Origin: a virus
Taxonomy: Duplodnaviria > Caudoviricetes
IMG/VR virus record: IMGVR_UViG_3300023053_000018
Coordinates: 1 to 31,629 of that record
Strand: one strand, 5' to 3'
DNA length: 31,629 nucleotides
The notes under the pieces were generated by a model. The model worked only from the letters and a program-made list of their open reading frames with translations. It did not search any database and had not been told where the DNA came from. Positions within the stretch are counted from its first letter, which is position 1; each line of letters begins with the position of its first letter. Below, piece after piece: positions 15,943 through 24,334 of this stretch. Made by a program: the position numbers and the translations under genes.

Positions 15943-17235
15943 TTATTCCTTGCTGGTGGCGTCAGGCACGCCGAGGAAGGCGCGCAGGGACGCACGCGCT
16001 GCGTTGCCGTCTTCGGCCTGGCCAAGCTTGTCCAGTGGCGCCAACGCCGTCTGGACCGTGAGTACCGCTGCGTTACCGCCCATGGGCTCCCGGTCTTCCA
16101 GCTCGCGGACTTCGTCCCGCGTCAGGATGCCGTTGTTGACCATAGCGGCGTAGAAGGAAGCGCGGCCGGCGCTATCAGCACGGAGCAGCCCTTCGACCGC
16201 AAACTTCGGGTAGTACCGCAGTCTCTCCACTGGCGTCAGAAGATCCTTGCTGATCGCCTGCTCGATCCTGCGAAGCCACGGCCCCAGGGTGAAAGTGAGG
16301 AAGCCGATCATCTGCTGCTCGATTCCCGTGCCCCAGCTGGTGGACTTCTCGCTGTGACCGACCATGAATGGCGGTACGCGGAACCACCGGCAGATTTCCT
16401 CAACCGAGAATGCGCGTGACTCGAGCAGCTGCGCGTCAGACGGGTTGATGCCGATTGTCTTGATTTCTGACCCGGCTTCGAGGATGACCGGGCGGCCGGC
16501 ATTGACCGCGCCGCTCAGCGCCTCCAGGGTCTCACGCGCGTCATCCCGTTGGCCGGGCTTCAGAGTGCTCGGATAGGTGATTGCCGTGGTCGGCAGCAAG
16601 CCCTTGGAGAACGTCGAACTAGCAGCCATGTCGGCACCAATCGCCGCGCCGAACACTTCCGCACCGTAGCCGATGACGGAGACGCCCTCCTTTCCATCGA
16701 GTGAGAACCCAGGGATGCTCCACACCCTATCGTTGGGAATCTCACGCTGCCTGCCGTTCTCGTCTGTGTATCGCCATACCTTGACGCCGTCGCGGCGGAA
16801 CGAGGTAAGGCGGTCCGGGTGCAGGAACTGGAGCCCGACCACCTTGTCTCCGATCATCAGCTTTTCGCAGCGAGCGTTCCCGCGCAGGAGCATCGCCGCT
16901 ACGCTGGCCTCCCAGTGGACCGCGGCAGTGGTGTCCGCATTGGGTTGATCGTGGAGAATGAACTGCAGCGGATGATGGCTCGCTACCCGCTTTCCGCCGC
17001 TCGTCTTCTCGTACATCGAGAGTGGCAGCGTGGAGATGGTCTCCGAAATGAGGCGGACGCAGGACCAGACCGCAGATAATTTCAACACCGTCTGGTGGTT
17101 GACCGGAACGCCAGCGGCCGAATTGGACCCGAAGAACTCCGACCAGAAGTCGCCATCCGTCAGGTGCACGGGCACGCCCAGCCATTTCAGCGCTGCAGCA
17201 CGCAGTCGGCCCAGCTTGGCTGCCCTGGGCTTCAT
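15943..17235 (-). CDS. Portal protein, HK97 family
   Basis: SAVWSCVRLISETISTLP, DAQLLESR, EICRWFRVPP, GILTRDEVRELED motifs. Confidence 0.97.
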   Translation of the reverse strand: MKPRAAKLGRLRAAALKWLGVPVHLTDGDFWSEFFGSNSAAGVPVNHQTVLKLSAVWSCVRLISETISTLPLSMYEKTSGGKRVASHHPLQFILHDQPNADTTAAVHWEASVAAMLLRGNARCEKLMIGDKVVGLQFLHPDRLTSFRRDGVKVWRYTDENGRQREIPNDRVWSIPGFSLDGKEGVSVIGYGAEVFGAAIGADMAASSTFSKGLLPTTAITYPSTLKPGQRDDARETLEALSGAVNAGRPVILEAGSEIKTIGINPSDAQLLESRAFSVEEICRWFRVPPFMVGHSEKSTSWGTGIEQQMIGFLTFTLGPWLRRIEQAISKDLLTPVERLRYYPKFAVEGLLRADSAGRASFYAAMVNNGILTRDEVRELEDREPMGGNAAVLTVQTALAPLDKLGQAEDGNAARASLRAFLGVPDATSKE

Positions 17236-18923
17236 CCGATCACCGGGCTGGAGATGAAGTCGCTGGCGTCATCCTGGACAGCGGTAGGCATGCTGAGACC
17301 AATCGCCATCAACAGTGTTGCCATGTCATCGATCTTGTCCGGTGATCGCTTCTTATCGGGCTTCATATTCAGGTTTCCATCTTTCACAGCGATGAGGTTC
17401 GAGGCACACCAGTTCAGGACCTGGTCGTTCCCGTGGCAGACCTTCTTTCCGATGTATGCCCGCTCCAGCTCCTGCATGGCTGGGTGGTAGTTCTTCGTGG
17501 TCTGGTTGAACTCGACCAGCGGGTGTCCATCGGCCAAGAGGCGCTGTGCAATTTCAGCTGCGTTCCAGCGGTCGTAGCCGATCGCCTGAGGACCGAATCG
17601 ATCGATGTCCTCGCGGATCCTGGCCTCCACCACGCTGTAGTCGGTGACCTCTCCTTCGGTCGCCTCAATCAAACCAGCCGCCACCCAGCCGGCATACGGA
17701 ACCACGCCGCGCTCCGTGCGCGCCCGCACCGCGTCCGCCGGGACGAATCGACGGCCCCAGGTGTAGTAGATGTCGTCCACCTTCCACACCAGGCGCCAAG
17801 ACGTCATATCCAGCGTGCCAGCCAGATCGAACGCGCCCCAGCACGGCTGCCCTGCGAGCCAGTCCAGATCCACCGTACCGCCGCACTTCTGCCACTTCGT
17901 CAGATCCACCCAGCCAGTGGCGGAGGACGCCGGCCGGTTGAGCCGCTTGATCTTGAATTCGGCCAGCTTCGAGGGCATCTGCCGCGCCTCGACGGCCTCC
18001 TTGCGGATTGCCTTCAACAGGTGCGGGTTGGCGTCCATCAGCGGGTTGGCCTTGGGCCAAGCCGATTCGTCGAACTCGTCGTCGTCATCGTCGACGGCGA
18101 AGAACACCACCAGGAAGTGGTCAGCCGAATCGCCCAGGATGCCCTGCAGCACTTGCTTGGCGAACTGCCTGATTTCCCCCCACGGCCCCGGATTGGTGTA
18201 TCCCTCGGTCGTGGTGTACAGCCACAGCGGATTGCTGCGAGCGCCTGCTGCCGATGTCAGCACGTTCAACAGGTCCGCCGACTTGTGAGCGTGGATCTCG
18301 TCCAGGCCAACATGCGACGGATTCAGGCCATCCTGCGTGCTCGCCTTGGAGTTGATGGGCTTGAAGGTTGCGCCCGTCTCCACACGGCTGATCGCGTTGG
18401 CCCAGCACGCAAGCCCGAATGCCTCCTGCAGGTCGGGCGTCTTCTCCGTCATCCGCTTGGCGACGTTAAAGATGATCCGCGCCTGGCTGCCGGTCGTGGC
18501 CGCCGAGATGATCTGGGCGCCCTCTTCCTCTTCACAGCACTGGCAGTACAGCAGGATCGCCGCAGCCAACGTGGACTTGGCGTTCTTGCGAGCCACCGCA
18601 AACAGCGCCGACGTGAAGCGCCTGCTGCCATCGAGGTTGCGGAAGCCGAACAGCTGCACCACGAAGAACACGTGCGACCGGTGCAGCTCGATCTCCGGCC
18701 GCGCCCATTTCCCTTCAACGTGCGGCAGCTTCTCGATGAAGTCGCATGGGTCGCATGCATGCCACTCATCGAACAGGAACGGTGGCCGCTTCCGCTTGGC
18801 GCGCTTGAGGTCCGCCAGGAACCGCTTGCCGGCCAGCCGAATCCACTTGCCGAACTTCTTGCCCTTCTTGTCGGCCACCGCCTCTTCGGCGTATGCCGTG
18901 GCGATACCAACGTAATCACGCAC
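17232..18923 (-). CDS. terL: Terminase large subunit
   Basis: Walker A VARKNAKST, Walker B GLDEIH, C-terminal KIDD nuclease motif; start taken at the GTG overlapping the terS stop (start uncertain). Confidence 0.96.
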   Translation of the reverse strand: MRDYVGIATAYAEEAVADKKGKKFGKWIRLAGKRFLADLKRAKRKRPPFLFDEWHACDPCDFIEKLPHVEGKWARPEIELHRSHVFFVVQLFGFRNLDGSRRFTSALFAVARKNAKSTLAAAILLYCQCCEEEEGAQIISAATTGSQARIIFNVAKRMTEKTPDLQEAFGLACWANAISRVETGATFKPINSKASTQDGLNPSHVGLDEIHAHKSADLLNVLTSAAGARSNPLWLYTTTEGYTNPGPWGEIRQFAKQVLQGILGDSADHFLVVFFAVDDDDDEFDESAWPKANPLMDANPHLLKAIRKEAVEARQMPSKLAEFKIKRLNRPASSATGWVDLTKWQKCGGTVDLDWLAGQPCWGAFDLAGTLDMTSWRLVWKVDDIYYTWGRRFVPADAVRARTERGVVPYAGWVAAGLIEATEGEVTDYSVVEARIREDIDRFGPQAIGYDRWNAAEIAQRLLADGHPLVEFNQTTKNYHPAMQELERAYIGKKVCHGNDQVLNWCASNLIAVKDGNLNMKPDKKRSPDKIDDMATLLMAIGLSMPTAVQDDASDFISSPVIG

Positions 18924-19341
18924 GGGTCTTCCGCTTCGCACCGTTGTTGGCGAAGGCGTTCCCGGTCTTCTCGACATCGCCGGCTGGCCGGACCTTGCCC
19001 TGGGCAACTGGCGTCAGCCCGAAGTCATTCATCAGGCCACGCAGCTGCGACACCATGGACGCCACCGGCGCCAGGCCCGCGGCATAGAGCTGCACGGTAT
19101 TGCCGTGCAACGCACACAGCTGGCCGAAGGCGGACAGGCCCGCCTCCGTCAGCAGCTTGTTCGCGTGCAGGATCGGAGCGAGCCGGTCCCATTCCTTGAT
19201 GGCGTGGGCATTCGGCAGCCAGTCCGGTGCCGGTGGCACGTCGGACACCAGCGGCAGCTCGGCGGCCGGCGTCGGCGCGCGGTCAGGGCGATCCGTGCCG
19301 GCCACCACTTTCAGCGATGTCGGTTTGCGGGGGTTCGCCAT
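18916..19341 (-). CDS. terS: Terminase small subunit (P27-like)
   Basis: RKPTSLKVVAG, PPAPDWL, FGLTP motifs; directly upstream of terL. Confidence 0.92.
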   Translation of the reverse strand: MANPRKPTSLKVVAGTDRPDRAPTPAAELPLVSDVPPAPDWLPNAHAIKEWDRLAPILHANKLLTEAGLSAFGQLCALHGNTVQLYAAGLAPVASMVSQLRGLMNDFGLTPVAQGKVRPAGDVEKTGNAFANNGAKRKTRA

Positions 19342-19371
19342 GTTCGTTCCGAGGGCGGCCGGTTGACCGCG

Positions 19372-19465
19372 AAAAAATGGTTTTTCTCAACTGACGGTGC
19401 ATATAAACGGCTGGGCGCACGGTCAGGAGCGCGGACGACCTGAACTTTCGACCCGCCCCTCCCCC
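19372..19465 (-). other. Putative cos region (3'-overhang type); candidate cosN around CGTGCGCCCA at 19412-19421
   Basis: Non-coding gap between HNH and terS with GGGGGCGGGTCGAAAAGTTCAG...GACCGTGCGCCCAGCC then AT-rich tracts, the usual layout in HK97-type phages. Confidence 0.65.
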
Positions 19466-19502
19466 TCCGGGCTTCCCCGGCGGCGTGGGTGCCGATTTCC
19501 GT

Positions 19503-19859
19503 TCAGGTTCGTCCGCTGGTTGGCCGTGCCGCGCGAGGCCGGTTACCGAAGCCGCCGTCCTCGCCTGCAGTCTTCACGTCGTGGCAGCGCTTGCAGAGGG
19601 GCTGCCAGTTCGAGGTGTCCCAGAACAGGTCCTGGTCTCCTCGATGCGGTATCACGTGATCGACGATGCGAGCGAGGGTCACTCGCCCAGTTCGCCGACA
19701 CTCCGCACAGAGCGGATCACGCTTGAGGAAGGTCTCGCGGGCCTTCTGCCATCGCCCACCGTAGCCGCGCTGAGCAGTGGTGAGGCGGATAGCCTCAGCC
19801 GGGACATGCACCACCGCTTCGACCTTATGCGGCCGGTGCTTTGGAGCACGCGCCGGCAC
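19503..19859 (-). CDS. Terminase-associated HNH endonuclease (HK97 gp74-like)
   Basis: CAEC, VDHVIPH, NWQPLCKRCH motifs; adjacent to cos. Confidence 0.95.
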   Translation of the reverse strand: MPARAPKHRPHKVEAVVHVPAEAIRLTTAQRGYGGRWQKARETFLKRDPLCAECRRTGRVTLARIVDHVIPHRGDQDLFWDTSNWQPLCKRCHDVKTAGEDGGFGNRPRAARPTSGRT

Positions 19860-20314
19860 TACCTATCTGCCCGGATCACGGCTTGGCAGGCGCGGAGTTG
19901 GTCGTCGGCGTCTCGGCCGATTCGAACAACTCGGCCCGCAAACTCTTCTCTGCGCTGGGTGGCCGCATCACGTTCGAGGGCGCCGGCTGCGGTCTGGGAC
20001 AGGAGGTCGGTGTGGCACGCGGCGAGGTCGTTGCGCAGGCGGAGAGCACCAGAGCGCAGGTCAGCCACAACAGCATCAGCGACGGCCGGGGCCGCAGCGC
20101 GGTCTTCTTCATGCTTTGCTCCTATGGTGGCCATGGTGTCGGCCTGGGTGCGCTCGGCCGCGCGCGCTTGGTTGACCTGGTCCGCCACCGCGGCGCTGAC
20201 GCCAGCCTGCTGCCGGAACTGCGCGCCCTCGGCACGGTCGCCACGCCAGGACCAGCCCGCCCAGAAGGACAAGGCCATCGCCACGGCGGCGAGCAGGGCA
20301 TAAAGACGGATCAT
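19859..20314 (-). CDS. Rz: Inner-membrane spanin
   Basis: Start MIRLYALL in TGATG overlap with holin stop; N-terminal TM, coiled coil, C-terminal LRACQA. Confidence 0.9.
   Translation of the reverse strand: MIRLYALLAAVAMALSFWAGWSWRGDRAEGAQFRQQAGVSAAVADQVNQARAAERTQADTMATIGAKHEEDRAAAPAVADAVVADLRSGALRLRNDLAACHTDLLSQTAAGALERDAATQRREEFAGRVVRIGRDADDQLRACQAVIRADR
19876..20112 (-). CDS. Rz1: Outer-membrane spanin lipoprotein embedded in Rz
   Basis: Alternate frame within Rz; lipobox LSAC; Pro-rich mature part with a second Cys. Confidence 0.88.
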   Translation of the reverse strand: MKKTALRPRPSLMLLWLTCALVLSACATTSPRATPTSCPRPQPAPSNVMRPPSAEKSLRAELFESAETPTTNSAPAKP

Positions 20315-20631
20315 CAGGGCATCTCCGGCGGGATCACCGCGCCGACCTGGCGCATGGCCGACTCCAGCGACATAACCCGCAGCCTCAGTCGGTGAGCCTC
20401 TTCCTGCGCAGTCATGCGCAGCTTGATTTCCTCGGCCAGTTGCAGCGTGGTTGCCGCCTGGGATTCCTCCAGCGACTTCACGCGCTGCACCAAGCCGTTC
20501 AACAGGTCGACGTTGGCGTCCGTCTCGGTCCGCTCTTTGCGGCGGGAGAGCAGCGCTCCCCAGGTTTCCCTTGCCACCCAGAACGCGGCGAGACCGCCGG
20601 CCATCCACCAGGGGACGGTTTCCTCGGTCAT
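20314..20631 (-). CDS. Putative holin (single TM plus coiled coil)
   Basis: Between endolysin and Rz; hydrophobic WWMAGGLAAFWVA segment. Confidence 0.6.
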   Translation of the reverse strand: MTEETVPWWMAGGLAAFWVARETWGALLSRRKERTETDANVDLLNGLVQRVKSLEESQAATTLQLAEEIKLRMTAQEEAHRLRLRVMSLESAMRQVGAVIPPEMP

Positions 20632-21116
20632 GACACGACCACGCCACCGGCTTTGCGGTAGGCAGCGAGCAGGTCATCCAGCTTCCGTTCGTGCTGGCCG
20701 TAGCCTGCACCCGGCAGGCTGGCCCAAATGTTGCGGACGAAGCTGATCGCCTTGACCACCTGGCCGGCCTTGATCAGCTCCAGCGCCCGCCGCTCCCTGA
20801 TCTGCTGGATAGCGATCAGATCCTGGCTGAGCGGGGAAAAGTCCTCCAGCCCCAACAAACGGCGGTACGCATCGTAGTACCGCGACAGCAACTGATAGCG
20901 ACCGGCGGCCGTGGACTTGATGCCCAGCCTGGGCAGCGACACCAGCTCGCGCGGGTGGTCGGCGTAGCCGGTGAACAGGCCGCCCCCCACGATCACGTCG
21001 TAGCCGTGGTCCTTGGTGGGCTGCTTGCCGTTATCGGTGCCCTCGGACCAAGCCAGCATGTCCAGGAACGCCACGACGTTCACGCCGCCTGCTTGTTGGG
21101 GAGTGATGCGTGCCAT
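20628..21116 (-). CDS. R: Endolysin, lambda R-type lytic transglycosylase
   Basis: AFLDMLAWSEGT, STAAGRYQLL, IWASLPGAGYGQ motifs. Confidence 0.97.
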   Translation of the reverse strand: MARITPQQAGGVNVVAFLDMLAWSEGTDNGKQPTKDHGYDVIVGGGLFTGYADHPRELVSLPRLGIKSTAAGRYQLLSRYYDAYRRLLGLEDFSPLSQDLIAIQQIRERRALELIKAGQVVKAISFVRNIWASLPGAGYGQHERKLDDLLAAYRKAGGVVVS

Positions 21117-21188
21117 GGGCTTTCTCTGTCAGGGCGCCCGCACCGCCGCCGGCTGGGCGCAAGGATTGATCCGGTCTGGGAAGCGGGC

Positions 21189-21222
21189 AAAGAAAAAGCC
21201 CCCGGCGGGAACCGGAGGCTTC
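21189..21222 (-). terminator. Late-operon terminator (tR'-like)
   Basis: AAGCCTCCGG-TTCCCG-CCGGGGGCTT followed by TTTCTTT, just downstream of the late promoter. Confidence 0.85.
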
Positions 21223-21239
21223 TATGTCATCGTGCCGTT

Positions 21240-21268
21240 ATTTCACCCTTTCAGGTGGCACTTGTCAA
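21240..21268 (-). promoter_or_regulatory. Late promoter (pR'-like)
   Basis: Perfect TTGACA, 17-nt spacer, TGAAAT (weak -10); upstream of terminator and lysis genes. Confidence 0.65.
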
Positions 21269-21275
21269 TGGGAGC

Positions 21276-21303
21276 TTGCAACTCCCTCATTCAGCCATAA
21301 CAT
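21276..21303 (+). promoter_or_regulatory. Putative promoter for fic, back-to-back with pR'
   Basis: TTGCAA-16 nt-TAACAT. Confidence 0.4.
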
Positions 21304-21326
21304 GAACTATCAAACCGAGTTCGACC

Positions 21327-22439
21327 ATGGCCCCTGTCCACTATCACTTCGATCAGTTCCCACCCAATAACCTTGAGTGGGGGCACCTGATTCCTCTGAT
21401 TGGTCCCGCAAACGCGGCCATTGCGCGATACGACGGTCTGCTTTCAGCAATTCCAAACTCCAGGGTTCTGCTCTCTCCGCTTACCACTCAGGAAGCGGTG
21501 CTTTCCTCTCGCATCGAGGGCACAGTCGCCACCATTGGCGAAGTCTTGGAGGTTGAGGCCGGAGGCGACACCCCAGGTATCAGCCCCGCAAAGCGGGAGG
21601 ACGCTTTCGAGATTCTCAACTATCGTAAAGCGATGCGATTTTGTGAGAATGCATTACAAGAACGAGCACTTTCCCCGCACCTTCTGCGCCAAGCTCACCA
21701 GCTACTGATGGCCGGCGTTCGCGGCAGAGACAAGAACCCCGGCTCGTTCCGAGAACAGCAAAACTGGATAGGAAATCCCGGGTGCAGCATCGACAACGCG
21801 TCGTTTGTTCCGATCCCTCAGGCGCACCTCACCGAAGGCATCGGTCGCTGGGAGCAGTACGTCGCAGGGGGTGCTCCTGATCCCCTGGTCCAACTCGCAA
21901 TTATTCATGCAGAATTTGAAGCACTGCATCCCTTCATGGACGGCAACGGTCGTCTAGGAAGAATGATCATCCCGCTTTTCCTCCATTCCCGAGGAATCCT
22001 GAGCGGCCCCCATTTCTACATCAGTGCCTACCTAGACGCGAACCGAGACGAGTATCTCGATCGACTGAGGGCTGTATCGGCGACTGGCGACTGGACCCAA
22101 TGGGTGATGTTCTTTCTGCAAGGCCTTCAGATTCAGGCGAAGGACAACGAGGCAAAAGCTCGACGGATCCTGGAGTTGTACGCGGAGATCAAAGAAAGGG
22201 CAGTGGAAATTACCCACTCCCAATGGGCGATCCGAGCGGTGGACTTCTTGTTCCAAACACCGTTCTTCTATGGAACGCACTTCGTGGATCAAGTCAACAT
22301 CCCCAAAGCATCTGCCAATCGCATGCTGGCACTGCTCAGAGAGCACGGAATCGTACACACCATCAGGCAGGGTGTAGGACGTAGACCAAGTCTCTACAGT
22401 TTCCCTCAATTGGTAGATGTGGTAGAGGGGCGCGCGTAG
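21327..22439 (+). CDS. fic: Fic-family AMP transferase, class II (N-terminal inhibitory helix, C-terminal HTH)
   Basis: Canonical HPFMDGNGRLGR; inhibitory SSRIEG; visibly lower GC; opposite strand to neighbours. Confidence 0.95.
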   Translation: MAPVHYHFDQFPPNNLEWGHLIPLIGPANAAIARYDGLLSAIPNSRVLLSPLTTQEAVLSSRIEGTVATIGEVLEVEAGGDTPGISPAKREDAFEILNYRKAMRFCENALQERALSPHLLRQAHQLLMAGVRGRDKNPGSFREQQNWIGNPGCSIDNASFVPIPQAHLTEGIGRWEQYVAGGAPDPLVQLAIIHAEFEALHPFMDGNGRLGRMIIPLFLHSRGILSGPHFYISAYLDANRDEYLDRLRAVSATGDWTQWVMFFLQGLQIQAKDNEAKARRILELYAEIKERAVEITHSQWAIRAVDFLFQTPFFYGTHFVDQVNIPKASANRMLALLREHGIVHTIRQGVGRRPSLYSFPQLVDVVEGRA

Positions 22440-22450
22440 CGGTGAAGTAA

Positions 22451-22517
22451 TTTGCGGCGCATGAATTAGCCGCAAAGCGCTTCGCGGCTCATGAATGGGC
22501 AAATATGAGCCACAAAG
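22451..22517. repeat. Two tandem palindromes built from four related 12-bp half-sites
   Basis: TTTGCGGCGCAT (22451-62), rc TTTGCGGCTAAT (22465-76), TTCGCGGCTCAT (22481-92), rc TTTGTGGCTCAT (22505-16). Confidence 0.8.
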
Positions 22518-22533
22518 TGTGATGCACTTCGCA

Positions 22534-22962
22534 CTATGCGGCCATCAACTGTCCGATGAGCATCCCGTGAATTCTGTCTTCACCTCTCTTAACCAAGTCC
22601 AAGTAGCCTTTGACGTGGGTGGGCTTCCCGCCTGCCGTAGCTATCAATAAGTTTGCGGTTTCGAAACGCTCTACCTTTCGACGCCCTGCACCGCAGTAGT
22701 ACCCGCGTAGCGAGGAAGCCATGCTTACGTTCTCTCGGGCGATCAAAGACACCAGGTCCTCAATCCTCTGAGCTCTACTGTCCGACTCCAGCGGCTTGTA
22801 ACCCTGCGCCCTGCCTGGCATGTCCCCCTTGTGCTCGATCAGCACCTGCAGCACGTTCTTCGACTGGTGGCCCAGATAGTCGCAGTCCCGATGCAACGCA
22901 TACTCCCTGCCCCAGTGCTCCAGCTCCGCGCGGACGTAGGCCCCAAACGTATCAACCTGCAT
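22534..22962 (-). CDS. Putative late antiterminator Q-like protein
   Basis: Last gene of the early-right operon before pR'; LEHWG motif; size 142 aa. Confidence 0.65.
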   Translation of the reverse strand: MQVDTFGAYVRAELEHWGREYALHRDCDYLGHQSKNVLQVLIEHKGDMPGRAQGYKPLESDSRAQRIEDLVSLIARENVSMASSLRGYYCGAGRRKVERFETANLLIATAGGKPTHVKGYLDLVKRGEDRIHGMLIGQLMAA

Positions 22963-23368
22963 TGCCCTGCTCCTGTCGCTGTTGGACGGCCGCTTCCGGT
23001 CCGCCCGTGATCCGCACCACCACCTGCCCGCCCGGCCGGCGCTCGTTGCTCACGAATGGGTGGCTGATGAAACGCTTGTCGTCGATGCCCAGCACCTGGG
23101 CGATGCCGTCGCGGTACGCCTTGAACCGCAGCAGCAGGTTGTCGTCGTCGGGGAGCACCTTGCGCGGCGCCTGGTAGAAATTGACCCACAGGTGCAGCCG
23201 GCCCTCCGGCAGCCAGGCGTCGCGCCAGCCAGCCTCGAAGGCCAAGACCACGGCAGTCTGCCGGGCTGCCTTCGTAGCTTTGGACCGATCGCGCCAATGC
23301 ACCCTCGCGTTCGGCGACAGGTCCTTGCTCGGCCAAGGCAGCACCAGCTCCAGCGCGCGCTCAGCCAC
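22952..23368 (-). CDS. rusA: RusA-like Holliday junction resolvase
   Basis: GTG start with GGAGG RBS; LPWP...SPN, DDDNL..K...DG....IDD acidic motifs. Confidence 0.8.
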   Translation of the reverse strand: MAERALELVLPWPSKDLSPNARVHWRDRSKATKAARQTAVVLAFEAGWRDAWLPEGRLHLWVNFYQAPRKVLPDDDNLLLRFKAYRDGIAQVLGIDDKRFISHPFVSNERRPGGQVVVRITGGPEAAVQQRQEQGNAG

Positions 23369-23837
23369 CCGACACCTCCGGGCGAGCGGAAAGCAAGGCT
23401 GCCTTGATTTGCGGCAGCACCTCGTCCAAGTACGCCTCCGACCAGCTGTACCCGCGTGGGTCGATCTCGCTCGAAACCTGATAGGCACAGCCAACCACCA
23501 TGCGCAGCAGCTCCGCCGGCACCAGCACGTAGCCCTCTGGCTCATTGGTCTGTAGCGCTGCCTCGATGGCCCGACCCGCTTGCTCGGCGCCATCCACGCG
23601 TTGATAAAACGCATAGGCGATGAAAGGCAGGGCAGCTCGCGCTGCTGCTAGCGCGCAGGTCCCGGACGGCGTGAGGGCAGCGATGATGGCGCGGAGAGCG
23701 GTCGGCACGAACTGCACGCTGCCGTGCCCACCGTTACGAATGCTGGTTGCAACTTCCTCGACACCTGGCATTGCAACAGCGTCTCGATCCACCTCAGCAG
23801 CCAGCAGCTCCCGCGCCCTCTTCTCGATGTCCTTCAT
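23361..23837 (-). CDS. Hypothetical nin-region protein
   Basis: ATGA-coupled start, stop overlaps the next gene. Confidence 0.75.
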   Translation of the reverse strand: MKDIEKRARELLAAEVDRDAVAMPGVEEVATSIRNGGHGSVQFVPTALRAIIAALTPSGTCALAAARAALPFIAYAFYQRVDGAEQAGRAIEAALQTNEPEGYVLVPAELLRMVVGCAYQVSSEIDPRGYSWSEAYLDEVLPQIKAALLSARPEVSGG

Positions 23838-24334
23838 GCCGCGCGCTCCATCTGCTCCCAGTGCGCCGTCAGGCGCTGCACCCGGCCGCCACGCGCCAGG
23901 AACTGCTCCACGGTCTCCGCCGACGGCGGTGCCCTCACCGCGGCTGGCTCCGGCGTGTTCGCTGCCTGCATCGCCACGCGTGCAGCGCGCGATCGCTTGG
24001 GAGCTGCTAAGGCGTGCTGTGGCCGACGGCGGCTGTTCCGGGCGCGGCCCGCGTCCCTCTGGCGCTGACGCTCTTTCCGCTCCGCGTCGCTCAGCACCAC
24101 TCGCGGCATCCCCTGCCCCGTCAGTTCGTACACAGGTCCAATCTTGGTCTCGGTGCGGGAAATGAATCCCGCGCCCACGCAGTACCGCACGGCATCGCGG
24201 ACTGCCCTGCGCTGGTCAATCGTTTCCGCTGCACATCCTTCGCAGATCGCCACCATCGTCCAGGGCGCGTCGATCACGTTCGCGGTCAGCCAAGCACGCA
24301 CGGCAGTCGGGGTCGGATTGGTTTTGCTGCTCAT
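23834..24334 (-). CDS. Putative winged-helix protein with C-terminal SutA-like RNAP-binding motif
   Basis: ATGA-coupled start MSSKTNP; wHTH-like pattern; ETVEQFLARGGRVQRL near the C-terminus. Confidence 0.65.
   Translation of the reverse strand: MSSKTNPTPTAVRAWLTANVIDAPWTMVAICEGCAAETIDQRRAVRDAVRYCVGAGFISRTETKIGPVYELTGQGMPRVVLSDAERKERQRQRDAGRARNSRRRPQHALAAPKRSRAARVAMQAANTPEPAAVRAPPSAETVEQFLARGGRVQRLTAHWEQMERAA

Noticed and set aside
18924-19007. N-terminal extension of terL inside terS
   Set aside because: Low-complexity alternate-frame sequence; the GTG overlapping the terS stop is the more likely start.
13619-19199. Long plus-strand ORFs opposite capsid (481 aa) and terminase (588 aa)
   Set aside because: Same antisense-shadow effect over well-supported minus-strand genes.
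21150-21161. 12-mer CGGCTGGGCGCA identical to the cos candidate at 19408-19419
   Set aside because: GC-rich 12-mer repeats are plausible by chance here; lacks cos flanking elements.
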